Notes: generated by a model from the sequence alone, not told the origin. A stretch of 64,000 nucleotides of DNA from an uncultured bacterium (GCA_965370045.1 CBDUSI010000004.1:4787-68786), one strand, 5' to 3'. Counted from the stretch's first letter, positions 1-9,405 are shown. Program-made: numbers and translations.

Positions 1-2
1 CC

Positions 3-1394
3 AAGGGGCCCGACGATAAGCCGTTCAAATTCGGTCGCCCGGCCGTGGGCAGCGGGATCAAGGCGGGGATCGACTGCCAAGGGGTTGTCTCGCTGGGCGT
101 CAACAAGACCAACGTGCCGGGGCCGGCGCGCGGCAGGCACGGGCTCCTCGACTTCCTGGACGTGGACGGCGACCGGAAGCCGGAGATCCTGGCCTACTTC
201 GCCAGTTCGATTGACAAGTCCACCACGATTTACGCCTGCAAGCCCGACGGCAGCGCGGCCAAGGGGTTCCCCCTGAAGCTGAAAGGCGCCGTGGCGCCGC
301 GGGTGGTGGACATCAACGGCGACGGCAAGCCGGAGATCGTCCGACTCATGGGCAACCAAATCGAGGTGCTGGACCTGGCCGGCAAGCCGGTCAAGGGCTT
401 CCCGGTAAACAGCGGCGGCGGGACGTTCAAGTCCATCGACGTCGCGGACATCACCGGCAACGGCCGCATGGAGATCATCGTCTCCCGCTGGATGCAGAGG
501 GAAATCAAGGCCTGGGATGCGAAGGGCAAGGCGCTCAAGGGCTTCCCCGTGAAGTTCCCCAAGTGGCGTGACAACGTGATGTACACCATGGCCTTGGCCA
601 AGGTGGACAAGGGCTCCTCGCGGCGACACATCCTGACCATGCACGGTGGCGGGGGCCTGGTGCTGATCAACGGCTTCGGGCGCTTCGCCCGGGGCTGGCC
701 GGTGTCGGTGGAGAAGGCCGGCAAGCTCTTCTACGGGGGCGGCAAGATGGGCGCCGACCTCGACGGCGACGGCGTCGACGAGATCTTCGCGCAGGTTTGC
801 AGCAAGGCCGGCTCGCGGGACTACGAGCTGCTGGTCCTGGACCGCAGCGGCAAGCCTCGCGAAGGTTTCCCGATACCCTACAGCGTGGTCCCGGTCCGCA
901 AGAACATGCTGGGCGGCCGGTACGCGGTGACCGGTCCGGTCGTCAGCCTGGGTGACGTGGACGGCGACGGCAAGAAGGAGATCACCTGGGTCGACCCCGC
1001 GGCCTACCTCCACGCCGTCAAGGCCGACGGCAGCTCTCTGGAAGGCTATCCGCAGCCGGTGCGCCACGGCAACAAGCAGCACGTCATAACCCAGCCGATG
1101 CTCTGGGACCTGAACGGCGACAAGACCAAGGAGATCATCTACCTGGTTCACGGCGCCGACGGTGACGGGTACACGCTGCGCGTCTACGACAAGGCGGGCA
1201 ACGACATCGCGAAGGACCTGGGCCTCAAGCTTACGATAGCCGGCGTGGCCATCGAGGACGCCCGCATAGCCGACCTCGACGGCGACGGCAAGCCGGAGAT
1301 CGTCTGCTACACCAAACCCGGAAAGTTCAACCGGGCGACCATGTGGAACCGCAAGGTCATGGCCTTCAGCCTGAAGGCCAACGGCAAGAAGTAG
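3..1394 (+). CDS. FG-GAP/VCBS repeat protein, 5'-truncated at the window edge
   Basis: Repeated DxDGDGxxEI motifs (DVDGDRKPEI, DINGDGKPEI, DLDGDGVDEI, DVDGDGKKEI, DLNGDKTKEI, DLDGDGKPEI) interleaved with GxPxxGFP motifs. The frame is open upstream of 45 to the window edge. Confidence 0.85.
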   Translation, partial: KGPDDKPFKFGRPAVGSGIKAGIDCQGVVSLGVNKTNVPGPARGRHGLLDFLDVDGDRKPEILAYFASSIDKSTTIYACKPDGSAAKGFPLKLKGAVAPRVVDINGDGKPEIVRLMGNQIEVLDLAGKPVKGFPVNSGGGTFKSIDVADITGNGRMEIIVSRWMQREIKAWDAKGKALKGFPVKFPKWRDNVMYTMALAKVDKGSSRRHILTMHGGGGLVLINGFGRFARGWPVSVEKAGKLFYGGGKMGADLDGDGVDEIFAQVCSKAGSRDYELLVLDRSGKPREGFPIPYSVVPVRKNMLGGRYAVTGPVVSLGDVDGDGKKEITWVDPAAYLHAVKADGSSLEGYPQPVRHGNKQHVITQPMLWDLNGDKTKEIIYLVHGADGDGYTLRVYDKAGNDIAKDLGLKLTIAGVAIEDARIADLDGDGKPEIVCYTKPGKFNRATMWNRKVMAFSLKANGKK

Positions 1395-1411
1395 TCTCGA
1401 CCCCGCGACGG

Positions 1412-1440
1412 GCTCCGGCCGGCAGCGGGCCGGTCGGAGC
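1412..1440 (+). terminator. GC-rich stem-loop after the FG-GAP gene
   Basis: GCTCCGGCCGGC-AGCGG-GCCGGTCGGAGC, a 12-bp stem with one G-U pair. No clear U-tract. Confidence 0.35.
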
Positions 1441-1485
1441 TCTCTCCCGGGCCAGCGTTCAACAGACACAGGGGAGGGAATCGCC

Positions 1486-2661
1486 GTGCTCAAGCACTTG
1501 TCGCTGGTCGTGCCTCTCTTGGCCTGGAGCGGATTCTGCGCGGCGGCGGCAGAGCCTCGAAGCGGCGCTGCGAGACTGGCCGTCGCCGTGCGCAAGGACG
1601 TCGCACGCGCGGACGATCACAAGGACGTCGAACGCAGGGACGATCGCCCGGATATCGGTCTGCCCAGTTCTCGAGACGCGGGCCCCAAGCCGCGGCTGGA
1701 GGTCACTCGTGACGCTGCCGGGGCCATACGCAAGGCGGTAAGCTTTCTGTCGAAGCGCCAGGACAAGGACGGCTCGTTCTCCGTACGGGGCGGCCGGCAC
1801 CGCGCGGCCATCACCGGGTTGGCGGGGATGGCCTTCCTCTCGGCCGGGCACGTTCCGGGCCGGAGCCGGCACGGTCGGGTCGTCGAGCGGGCGGCCAGGT
1901 ACCTGCTCAAGATTCAGGACAAAGAGGGCTGCTTCGCCTCTCCGGGCGGGCGGACCATGCACGGTCACGGATACGCGCTGCACTTCATGGCTGAGGCCTA
2001 CGGCATGACCCGCGACCCGGGGCTGGCCCGGAAGCTGCGGGAAAGTGTGAAGGCCGGCGTGCGCTTGACCTGCCGCACGCAGAGCACCTCCGGCGGGTGG
2101 TGGTACCAGCCGGTTGCGGGCAGCCAGCACGAGGGCTCCATCACCGTCACCCAGGTGCAGGCCATCTGGGCCGCCCGGCAGGCGGGCATCACCGTCCCCC
2201 AGAAGACCATCGACAAGGCCATCGGCTACATGCGCAAGAGCCAGATGGGCGACGGGGGCATCGCCTACGCGCTCAATCGCAAGAAACTCGGCAGCCGCCC
2301 GGCCATCAGCGTGGCCGGGGTGATGGTCTTCTGTGGATTGGGCAAGCGCGAGAGCCGCGAAGCCCGCAGGGCGGTCGGCTACATGCGCCGCATGCTGGCC
2401 GGCCGGGCCCGGGCCAGGAACGGGAAAGTGCATCCCTACAACCGGCTCGACCCCTACACCACCATGTACATGGCCCAGGCCCTCTATCAGGCGGGCGAGC
2501 CCGAGTGGTCGGCGCATTACCCCGGGCTGCGCGACACCATCATCAAGGCCCAGAAGGAGGACGGCAGCTGGACCAGCGGTCGCGGGCAGGTCTACGGGAC
2601 CGCCTGCCAGGTCCTGGCCCTGGCGGTTCCCTACCAGTACCTGCCCAGCTTCCAGCGCTGA
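1486..2661 (+). CDS. Secreted prenyltransferase/squalene-oxidase repeat protein
   Basis: Signal peptide. QW-like repeats (FLSKRQDKDGSF, YLLKIQDKEGCF, TQSTSGGWWY, KAQKEDGSW). C-terminus PYQYLPSFQR, typical of the planctomycete family. Confidence 0.85.
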   Translation: MLKHLSLVVPLLAWSGFCAAAAEPRSGAARLAVAVRKDVARADDHKDVERRDDRPDIGLPSSRDAGPKPRLEVTRDAAGAIRKAVSFLSKRQDKDGSFSVRGGRHRAAITGLAGMAFLSAGHVPGRSRHGRVVERAARYLLKIQDKEGCFASPGGRTMHGHGYALHFMAEAYGMTRDPGLARKLRESVKAGVRLTCRTQSTSGGWWYQPVAGSQHEGSITVTQVQAIWAARQAGITVPQKTIDKAIGYMRKSQMGDGGIAYALNRKKLGSRPAISVAGVMVFCGLGKRESREARRAVGYMRRMLAGRARARNGKVHPYNRLDPYTTMYMAQALYQAGEPEWSAHYPGLRDTIIKAQKEDGSWTSGRGQVYGTACQVLALAVPYQYLPSFQR

Positions 2662-2676
2662 GGCCGCTCCTTCCGC

Positions 2677-2704
2677 TTGAGACCGGGCTCCGGGCGAGTA
2701 CAAT
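2677..2704 (+). promoter_or_regulatory. Putative sigma70 promoter of pabB (leaderless)
   Basis: TTGAGA-16 nt-TACAAT, ending 6 nt before GTG 2711. No SD sequence. Confidence 0.5.
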
Positions 2705-2710
2705 CCGCCG

Positions 2711-4141
2711 GTGATGAGCAGCCAAGCCCGGATACTCACCCGCCGCCTGGGGCCCGGACCGGAGCCACACCTGGTCCTGCGCGCCCTGGCGGACCGTCCC
2801 GGAGCCTTTCTTCTCGAAAGCGCCCTGCGGGGGGGGGCCGGCCGCGCGCGCTGGAGCTACCTGGGCGCCGAGCCGTTCCTGACCCTGGCCGCCAAGGGGC
2901 ACGAGACCTGGACTGCGCGGGACGGGGACCGCACCGGCCTGGGCGGCACCGCTTTCAACGAGCTGCGCCCGCTCCTCGACGGATTCAGGGCGGCTCGGCC
3001 GTCCGCGGAGGATGCTCCCGAGTTCCTGGCCGGGGCGGTGGGCTACTTCGGCTACGAGCTGGGCCGCCTGATCGAAAAACTCCCCGGCCGGGTCCCCGAC
3101 GAGCTGGGCCTTCCCGACATGCACCTGGGCTTCTACGACTGCGTCTTAGCTTTCGACCACCGGGCCGGGGTCTGGCACGCTTCGGCGGTCGATTTCGACG
3201 GGGGCAGCCCCGAGGTCCGGATTGAGTCCGCCGCGGCGCTGCTGGCCGCGCCGGCCGTGGCTGCCGCCGGCGGGTCCGAGCAGGGGGCCTCCGCGGCCGA
3301 GTCGCTGCGCAGCAACTTCAGCGCCCCGGAGTACGAGGCGGCCGTCGCCCGGGTCATCGAGTACATCCGCGCGGGGGACATCTTCCAGGCAAGCTTCACC
3401 CAGCGCTTCACCGCCGACTGGCCGCGGGGGGCGCTGGACCTCTACGAGCGCCTGCGCGCGGTCAACCCCGCTCCCTTCGCGGGCTATTACGACTTCGGCG
3501 AGGGGCAGGTGGTCAGCGCGTCGCCGGAGCTTTTTCTTCACGTGGCGGGCAGGCGCGTTGAAACCCGGCCGATCAAGGGCACCCGCCCGCGGGGCAGCGC
3601 TCCCGACGAGGACCGCCATCTGGCCGCGGAGCTGCAGGCCAGCCCCAAGGACCGCGCCGAGCTGACCATGATCGTGGACCTGGAGCGCAACGACCTCGGG
3701 CGGGTCTGCTCTTACGGCTCGGTGCGCGTCGCCGGCCACCTGGAGCTGGAGAGCTACCCGACGGTGCACCACCTGGCCTCCACCGTCGTTGGCGAGCTGC
3801 ACGAGGATCGTGACCTGGTGGACCTGCTCAAGGCGGCGTTCCCCGGCGGCTCGATAACCGGCGCCCCCAAGGTGCGGGCCATGGAGATCATCGACGAGCT
3901 GGAACGTTCGGCGCGCGGAGTCTACACCGGGGCGGTGGGCTTCATCGGCTTCGAGGGCACGACTGAGCTCAACCTGCCGATCAGGACCTTCACCGTGGCG
4001 GACGGCCGGGCGCACTTCGGGGTGGGCGGCGGGGTGGTGGCCGACAGCACCCCGGCGGGCGAGTACCAGGAGTCGCTGGACAAGGCCCGCGGACTGATAG
4101 CCGCGCTGGAGCGCGCTCCGGTGGGCGAGGTGGTTCGATGA
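2711..4141 (+). CDS. pabB: Aminodeoxychorismate synthase component I
   Basis: Chorismate-binding domain motifs: SASPELFL, TRPIKGTRPRG, KDRAELTMIVDLERNDLGRVC, FPGGSITGAPKVRAMEII. Confidence 0.9.
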   Translation: MMSSQARILTRRLGPGPEPHLVLRALADRPGAFLLESALRGGAGRARWSYLGAEPFLTLAAKGHETWTARDGDRTGLGGTAFNELRPLLDGFRAARPSAEDAPEFLAGAVGYFGYELGRLIEKLPGRVPDELGLPDMHLGFYDCVLAFDHRAGVWHASAVDFDGGSPEVRIESAAALLAAPAVAAAGGSEQGASAAESLRSNFSAPEYEAAVARVIEYIRAGDIFQASFTQRFTADWPRGALDLYERLRAVNPAPFAGYYDFGEGQVVSASPELFLHVAGRRVETRPIKGTRPRGSAPDEDRHLAAELQASPKDRAELTMIVDLERNDLGRVCSYGSVRVAGHLELESYPTVHHLASTVVGELHEDRDLVDLLKAAFPGGSITGAPKVRAMEIIDELERSARGVYTGAVGFIGFEGTTELNLPIRTFTVADGRAHFGVGGGVVADSTPAGEYQESLDKARGLIAALERAPVGEVVR

Positions 4142-5019
4142 GCGGCGGACGCGTTTATATCGACGGGGAGTGCTGCAACGAGGCCGAGGCCCGCGTGCCG
4201 GTGGCCGACCGCGGCTTTCTATACGGCGATGCGCTCTTCGAGACGCTGCGAACCTATAGCGGTGTCCCTTTCCTGCTTGAGCGCCACCTCGAACGACTGC
4301 TGGCCTCCTGTCGGGACCTGGGCATCCGCCCGCGGGAGAGCCGCGCCGAGCTGGTCGAGGCAGTGGCAGGCCTGATGGAGCAGGTCGGCCCCGAGTGCTA
4401 TCTACGCGTGGCAGTAACCCGCGGCTCGGGCTTCGGCCCCTGGCCCCGGGAAGGGGCGGGGGAGGGGCACGGTCGGACGGTGATCGTCGCCCGGCCGCTC
4501 TTGACGTATCCCGAAGAGCTTTACGCCCGCGGGCTGCGCCTGGTGACCAGCTCGGTTCCCAGGACGCAGCTCTCGCCGCTGGCCGGGCACAAGACCGCCA
4601 ACTATCTCACCTCGATCCTGGCCAGGCGGGAGGCCGCCGGGAAGGGCGCCGACGAGGCCCTGATGCTGAACACCAACGGCCGCGTCGCCGAGCTGGCCGC
4701 GGCCAACGTCTTTGTGGTGCGTGATGGCCAGCTGCTGACCCCCTCGCTGGAGGAAGGTCCCCTGCCGGGGGTGACCCGCGGCCTGGTGCTGGAGCTTGCG
4801 GAGGACATGGCGATTCCCGTGCGCGAGGCCCGGCTGGAGCCCGAGCAGTTGGCCGGCGCCGAGGAGGCATTCGCGACGAACTCGATACTGGAAATCTGCC
4901 CGGTTTCGGAACTCGACGGGCGGCGCATCGCGGGCTCGGTGCCCGGAGAGCTGACCGCCCGACTACAGAAGGCTTATCGCCAGGAGGTCGCGCGCCAGTG
5001 CGCCCCGTCCGCGCGGTAA
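4138..5019 (+). CDS. pabC: Aminotransferase class IV, probable 4-amino-4-deoxychorismate lyase
   Basis: DRGFLYGDALFETLR, PLP lysine in HKTANYL, GPLPGVTR. ATGA overlap with pabB. Confidence 0.75.
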   Translation: MSGGRVYIDGECCNEAEARVPVADRGFLYGDALFETLRTYSGVPFLLERHLERLLASCRDLGIRPRESRAELVEAVAGLMEQVGPECYLRVAVTRGSGFGPWPREGAGEGHGRTVIVARPLLTYPEELYARGLRLVTSSVPRTQLSPLAGHKTANYLTSILARREAAGKGADEALMLNTNGRVAELAAANVFVVRDGQLLTPSLEEGPLPGVTRGLVLELAEDMAIPVREARLEPEQLAGAEEAFATNSILEICPVSELDGRRIAGSVPGELTARLQKAYRQEVARQCAPSAR

Positions 5020-5708
5020 CCCTCGACGCCTACGGGACCCTCTTCGACTTCGAAGGGGATCTCCGGACGGACGCGGTCCGGGACATCCTGCACATGGCCG
5101 GCGCGCCCGAGCACAGCCCGGAGAGCTTCGCGGACGCCTGGGGAGTGAACTTCCACGCGCGCTACGAGGAATGCGGCCGCCAGGGGTGCGAGAAGTTCGT
5201 GAGCATTGCCAAGCTCACCGCGGAGGCCCTGGCCGACACCTACCGGGAGCACGGCCTGGAGCTCGACCCGGGCCGCGGGACCGAGCTGTGGCTCGACCGG
5301 TTGGGCGGGGTGCACATCTTCCCCGAGGTGCCGGCTGTGCTTGAGGCCCTCTCGCAGCGCTTCCCGCTGGCGATGGTCAGCGACATAGACGACCGGGTGA
5401 TCGCGCCTGCGCTGGAGCGCCTGGGCTGGGACTTCGAGTTCGTGTTGACCAGCGAGGGCCAGAGGTGCTACAAGCATCACCCCGATGCGCTCATCTTCCG
5501 GCGCGCCGCCGAACGGCTGGGCCTGCCTACTGAGTCGGTGGTCCACGTCGGCGACTCGCCCGCGGACGTCTCCGGGGCCAGGCTGGCGGGCATGCGCGTC
5601 GCCTGGGTGAACCGCTACGGGCGCCGGCTTCCCGAAGACTGCCCGCGTCCCGACTGGGAGATAGAGGACCTTTCCGCCCTGCCCGAGCTGCTGGAGGCCC
5701 CGGCGTGA
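4998..5708 (+). CDS. HAD-superfamily hydrolase
   Basis: Motif I VTLDAYGTLFD, motif III K in CYKHHPD, motif IV HVGDSPADVSGARLAG. Confidence 0.85.
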   Translation: MRPVRAVTLDAYGTLFDFEGDLRTDAVRDILHMAGAPEHSPESFADAWGVNFHARYEECGRQGCEKFVSIAKLTAEALADTYREHGLELDPGRGTELWLDRLGGVHIFPEVPAVLEALSQRFPLAMVSDIDDRVIAPALERLGWDFEFVLTSEGQRCYKHHPDALIFRRAAERLGLPTESVVHVGDSPADVSGARLAGMRVAWVNRYGRRLPEDCPRPDWEIEDLSALPELLEAPA

Positions 5709-6214
5709 GCAAGCAGAAGCGCAAGGCCCGGCCGACCGGGAACGAGGCGGAAGAGCCCGGACGGCGGCGGGTGGCCGTCAACAAGAAGGGTCTGTTCAAG
5801 TTCCAGGTGATCGAGAAGTTCGAGGCCGGCATGGAACTGCGCGGCACCGAAGTCAAGAGCCTGCGCCAGCGGAACGTCAGCTTCACGGACAGCTACGCGC
5901 GGTTCCGGGGCGGCAACCTCTACCTCTACAACCTGAACATCTCCCGCTACGACCCGGCCTCCTTCGCCAATCACGAGCCGACCCGCCCGCGCCGCGTACT
6001 GCTCCACCGGCGGGAGTTGGACAAGCTGATTCCCCGTTTGCAGCAGAAGGGGTACACGCTGGTGCCGATTTCTATCTATTTCAGCGGCGGCTGGGCCAAG
6101 GTCGAGCTGGCCCTGGTCACCCACAAGACCGCCGGTGACAAGCGCCGCACTATCCGTGAAAGAGAGACCAAGCGGGACATGGACCGCGCCCGCAAGCTGC
6201 GTGGACGGGACTGA
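5705..6214 (+). CDS. smpB: SsrA-binding protein
   Basis: VAVNKK...FEAGMELRGTEVKSLR, NHEPTRPRRVLLHRREL, DKRRTIRERE. Confidence 0.95.
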   Translation: MSKQKRKARPTGNEAEEPGRRRVAVNKKGLFKFQVIEKFEAGMELRGTEVKSLRQRNVSFTDSYARFRGGNLYLYNLNISRYDPASFANHEPTRPRRVLLHRRELDKLIPRLQQKGYTLVPISIYFSGGWAKVELALVTHKTAGDKRRTIRERETKRDMDRARKLRGRD

Positions 6215-6285
6215 GGCCGCCCCGCCGGCTACTTGCCCCCTCGCTTGGCCGTGACTTGCCGCCTTCCTCAGCGTGCCGGCGTCGA

Positions 6286-6359
6286 TGGATAGGCATCTAT
6301 CCAATTTTCAATCACTCATCCCGTTTCACGCACTTGCGCGCGAAAAGTTGTATGGATAG
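6286..6359. promoter_or_regulatory. Putative operator upstream of the purF-like gene
   Basis: Perfect inverted repeat TGGATAG-gcat-CTATCCA (6286-6303) plus a third TGGATAG at 6353-6359, in an AT-richer intergenic region. Confidence 0.4.
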
Positions 6360-6421
6360 ACTCGGGCGCAGTGAGAACTCTGACCGGGGGGATTGACGGA
6401 CAGTAAGGAGGTCGCAGGACA

Positions 6422-7822
6422 ATGGGTGGTTTCTTCGCGGTAGCGTCCAAGGAAGATTGCGTCGTCGACCTCTTCTACGGAACCGATTACCACTCCCACC
6501 TGGGCACCGTGCGCGGGGGACTGGCGGTCCGGAACGGCGAAGGCATCACCCGCTTTATCCACGACATCACCAACGCGCAGTTCCGCGCAAAGTTCGAGGA
6601 CGACATCGGCAAGATGAACGGCGGGCGCGGTATCGGAGTCATAAGCGACTACGACGACCAGCCGCTGATCATCGGCTCGCATCTGGGGGCCTACGCGATC
6701 GTCACCGTGGGCGTCGTGCAGAACGCCGCGGAGTTGGCCAAGAAGGCCTTCAGCAAGCGCACCACCCATTTCTCGGAGATGAGCGGCGACGAGATCAACC
6801 CCACCGAACTGGTGGCCACGCTCATCAACGGGGAGGCCAGCTTCACCGAAGGCATCGCCGCCGCGCAGGACGCGGTCGAGGGCTCCTGCTCCATGCTGCT
6901 GTTGACCGACGAGGGGATCTACGCGGCGCGCGACCGCCTGGGGCGCACCCCGGTCATTTTGGGCAAGAAGAAGGGCTCCTGGGCGGCCACCATGGAGACC
7001 TGCGCGTTCCCCAACCTGGACTTCGAGGTCGACCGGGATCTGGGCCCCGGTGAGATCGTGCGCATCACCGAGGAGGGCATCGAAAGCGTAAGACCTCCCG
7101 GCGACCGCATGCAGATGTGCTCCTTCCTGTGGGTCTACTACGGATATCCGGCCTCCAGCTACGAGGGCATCAACGTGGAGGCGTCTCGCAACCGCTGCGG
7201 CGCGGCCCTGGCCCGGCGCGACGACGTGGATATCGACATGGTCGCGGGCATCCCCGACTCCGGCACCGGCCACGCCATCGGCTACGCCTCAGAGGCCGGC
7301 GTTCCCTACCGGCGGCCCTTCGTCAAATACACGCCTACCTGGCCGCGCTCCTTCATGCCCCAGGATCAGCGTATACGCGACCTCGTCGCCAAGATGAAGC
7401 TGATCCCCGTACGCGAGCTGGTCAAGGGCTCGCGGATGCTGTTCTGCGAGGACTCCATCGTCCGCGGAACGCAACTGCAAGACACCGTCCAGCGGCTTGT
7501 CGATGCCGGGGCGGAGGAAGTGCACATGCGCCCGGCCTGCCCGCCACTGTGCTACGGGTGCAAGTTCCTGAACTTCTCGCGCTCGCGCAGCATCATGGAC
7601 CTGGCCACCAGGAAGGGCGTCAAAATACTGGAAGGGCAGGCCGAGGAGATCGATCCGGCCTACGCCGACCCGGACAGCGACAAGCACAAGGCCATGGTCG
7701 GGGCCATCTCCGACCGGCTGAAGCTCACCACCCTGCGCTACCAGCGCCTGGACGATCTGGTCGAGGCCATTGGCCTGCCGAAAGAGAAGCTCTGCACCTA
7801 CTGCTGGGACGGCGCTGAGTAG
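6422..7822 (+). CDS. purF: Amidophosphoribosyltransferase-like protein lacking the N-terminal Cys
   Basis: Ntn-type N-domain (YAARDRLGRTP), GIPDSGTGHA, PRPP motif FCEDSIVRGT, Fe-S cysteines (QMCSF, CYGC, CTYCWDG), SD AAGGAGG. Starts MGGFF instead of MCG. Confidence 0.8.
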   Translation: MGGFFAVASKEDCVVDLFYGTDYHSHLGTVRGGLAVRNGEGITRFIHDITNAQFRAKFEDDIGKMNGGRGIGVISDYDDQPLIIGSHLGAYAIVTVGVVQNAAELAKKAFSKRTTHFSEMSGDEINPTELVATLINGEASFTEGIAAAQDAVEGSCSMLLLTDEGIYAARDRLGRTPVILGKKKGSWAATMETCAFPNLDFEVDRDLGPGEIVRITEEGIESVRPPGDRMQMCSFLWVYYGYPASSYEGINVEASRNRCGAALARRDDVDIDMVAGIPDSGTGHAIGYASEAGVPYRRPFVKYTPTWPRSFMPQDQRIRDLVAKMKLIPVRELVKGSRMLFCEDSIVRGTQLQDTVQRLVDAGAEEVHMRPACPPLCYGCKFLNFSRSRSIMDLATRKGVKILEGQAEEIDPAYADPDSDKHKAMVGAISDRLKLTTLRYQRLDDLVEAIGLPKEKLCTYCWDGAE

Positions 7823-8019
7823 GTTCTTTCACCCCTGAACTGATCGGGCGCCGGTCGCGTCCCCGTGGTTACGACGTTGTCGTCATTCGGCTCCCAAGTG
7901 CCGCGCACTAAGCGAAAAGTGCGAAAACCGAGGCATCCGAAAGGCGTTTGACAGCACGTTTGCGGGTCATTAGATTGGTCAGCCGGAGGGGGAGGCGGCA
8001 CGCAGCCGCCGGGAATCGC

Positions 8020-9405
8020 ATGCCTGACGACATTGACATCGGCAAAGTTATCCAAAGCGGGTCCCGCCAGATGGACCTGGGTGATCTGGCTAAGCTGGGT
8101 CACAAGAAGGTCCGGGTTATCGACGAGCGCCGCATCAACGAACTCATTTCCCAGGCCGTCCAGAACGCCATTGAGCGCGAGGGCGCCGACTCCGCCGGAC
8201 GCCTCCGCCGCGAGGCCGCCGAGAAGGCCAAAGCGGAGCTCGAAGCCCAGCTCGCCGAGCATCAGGCCCGTCTCGACGTGGAGTCGCTGGCCAGCAAGGA
8301 GGTCGAGAAGCTCCGCGTCGAGGTCGCCGGGCTGCAGGGCCAGCTGAAGGAAAGCACCGCCGTCATCGAGACGGAGAAGCAGCGCATAGCCGCGGACAGC
8401 CAGAAGGAATTCCAGCGCCTGCTCAAGAGCACCCAGCAGGGGCTGGAGGAGAAGAAGGGCGCCTACGAGAAGGCCCTGCGGGGCATGCTCGAGCGCGCCG
8501 ACCAGTCCATCCCCAAGGAGGAGCTTGCGGACCTGCCGGTGGTCGCCGTCGGCGAGGAGGTCCAGGCCGCACATATGCTGGAAGCCCTCAACCGCCGCGT
8601 CGAGAAGCTGGGCACCCTGCTGGGGACAGCCAAGGCGGAAGTCGCCGGCCGCGACCAGGACATTGCCATGGCCGCCGCCGAGCACCATCGCCAGAAGAAC
8701 GAGATCGAGCGCCTCAAGAAGGAAGGCGAGAATCTGCGCCTGGATCTCCGCGACAAGGAGCGCCAGTTCGACGGCCGCGAGCAGGACCTGGCCGTGGCCG
8801 CCGGCGAGCGGCGCAAGCAGAAGGAAGTCGTCGAGCGCCTCGGCAAGCAGCTCGACGAGATGCGCGACGAGCTGCGCGACAAGGAGCGCCAGTTCGACGC
8901 CCGCGAGCAGGACGTGACCATGGCCGCGCTGGAGCAGCGCCGGCTGCGCGACGAGACCAAGCACCTCCGCGAGGAGGCCGGCAAGGTCGCGGAGCTCTCC
9001 GGCGAAGTGCGGCGGATGACCAGCGAGCGCGAGCTGCTCATGGCGCGCATCGAGGAGTATCGTGATCGCGAGCGCACGGCCAGCGACCAGGTCACGGACA
9101 TGGCTGGCAAGCTGGCCGAGGTGCAGACTGGCGGCACGCAGAGCAGTGGCGAGCTGATGGAAGCCATCAGCGGCATGAAGGGCTCGCTCACCGAAGAGAT
9201 CGCCCGGCAGATATCCTGGGCGCTCTCCGCCCAGAAGACCGGCGCCACCGGGATCGACCCGGGCCTGCAGCTCGAGGCCCTCTTCAGCCAGGAGATCGAA
9301 ACCAACATCGAGTCGGTCAAGATCGAGGAGCGCACGGGCAAGACCCTTACCGATAAATTGGCCAAGCTCCGCGAGGCGCGGAACCAGGGACTGGGCCAGA
9401 GCTAG
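8020..9405 (+). CDS. Long coiled-coil protein with 42-aa internal repeats
   Basis: Rich in E/K/R/L/A heptads, with host-like codon usage. Start taken at ATG 8020 (MPDDIDIG) inside ORF 7948-9405. Confidence 0.8.
   Translation: MPDDIDIGKVIQSGSRQMDLGDLAKLGHKKVRVIDERRINELISQAVQNAIEREGADSAGRLRREAAEKAKAELEAQLAEHQARLDVESLASKEVEKLRVEVAGLQGQLKESTAVIETEKQRIAADSQKEFQRLLKSTQQGLEEKKGAYEKALRGMLERADQSIPKEELADLPVVAVGEEVQAAHMLEALNRRVEKLGTLLGTAKAEVAGRDQDIAMAAAEHHRQKNEIERLKKEGENLRLDLRDKERQFDGREQDLAVAAGERRKQKEVVERLGKQLDEMRDELRDKERQFDAREQDVTMAALEQRRLRDETKHLREEAGKVAELSGEVRRMTSERELLMARIEEYRDRERTASDQVTDMAGKLAEVQTGGTQSSGELMEAISGMKGSLTEEIARQISWALSAQKTGATGIDPGLQLEALFSQEIETNIESVKIEERTGKTLTDKLAKLREARNQGLGQS
8650..8980 (+). 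repeat. 126-nt (42-aa) tandem repeat, about 2.6 copies
   Basis: Units start at 8650, 8776 and 8902 (RDQDIAMAAAE, REQDLAVAAGE, REQDVTMAALE). The first two units end with LRDKERQFD. Confidence 0.85.

Noticed and set aside
6215-6421. tmRNA or a purine riboswitch after smpB
   Set aside because: Too short, with no tRNA-like ends or tag ORF, and no riboswitch consensus recognised.
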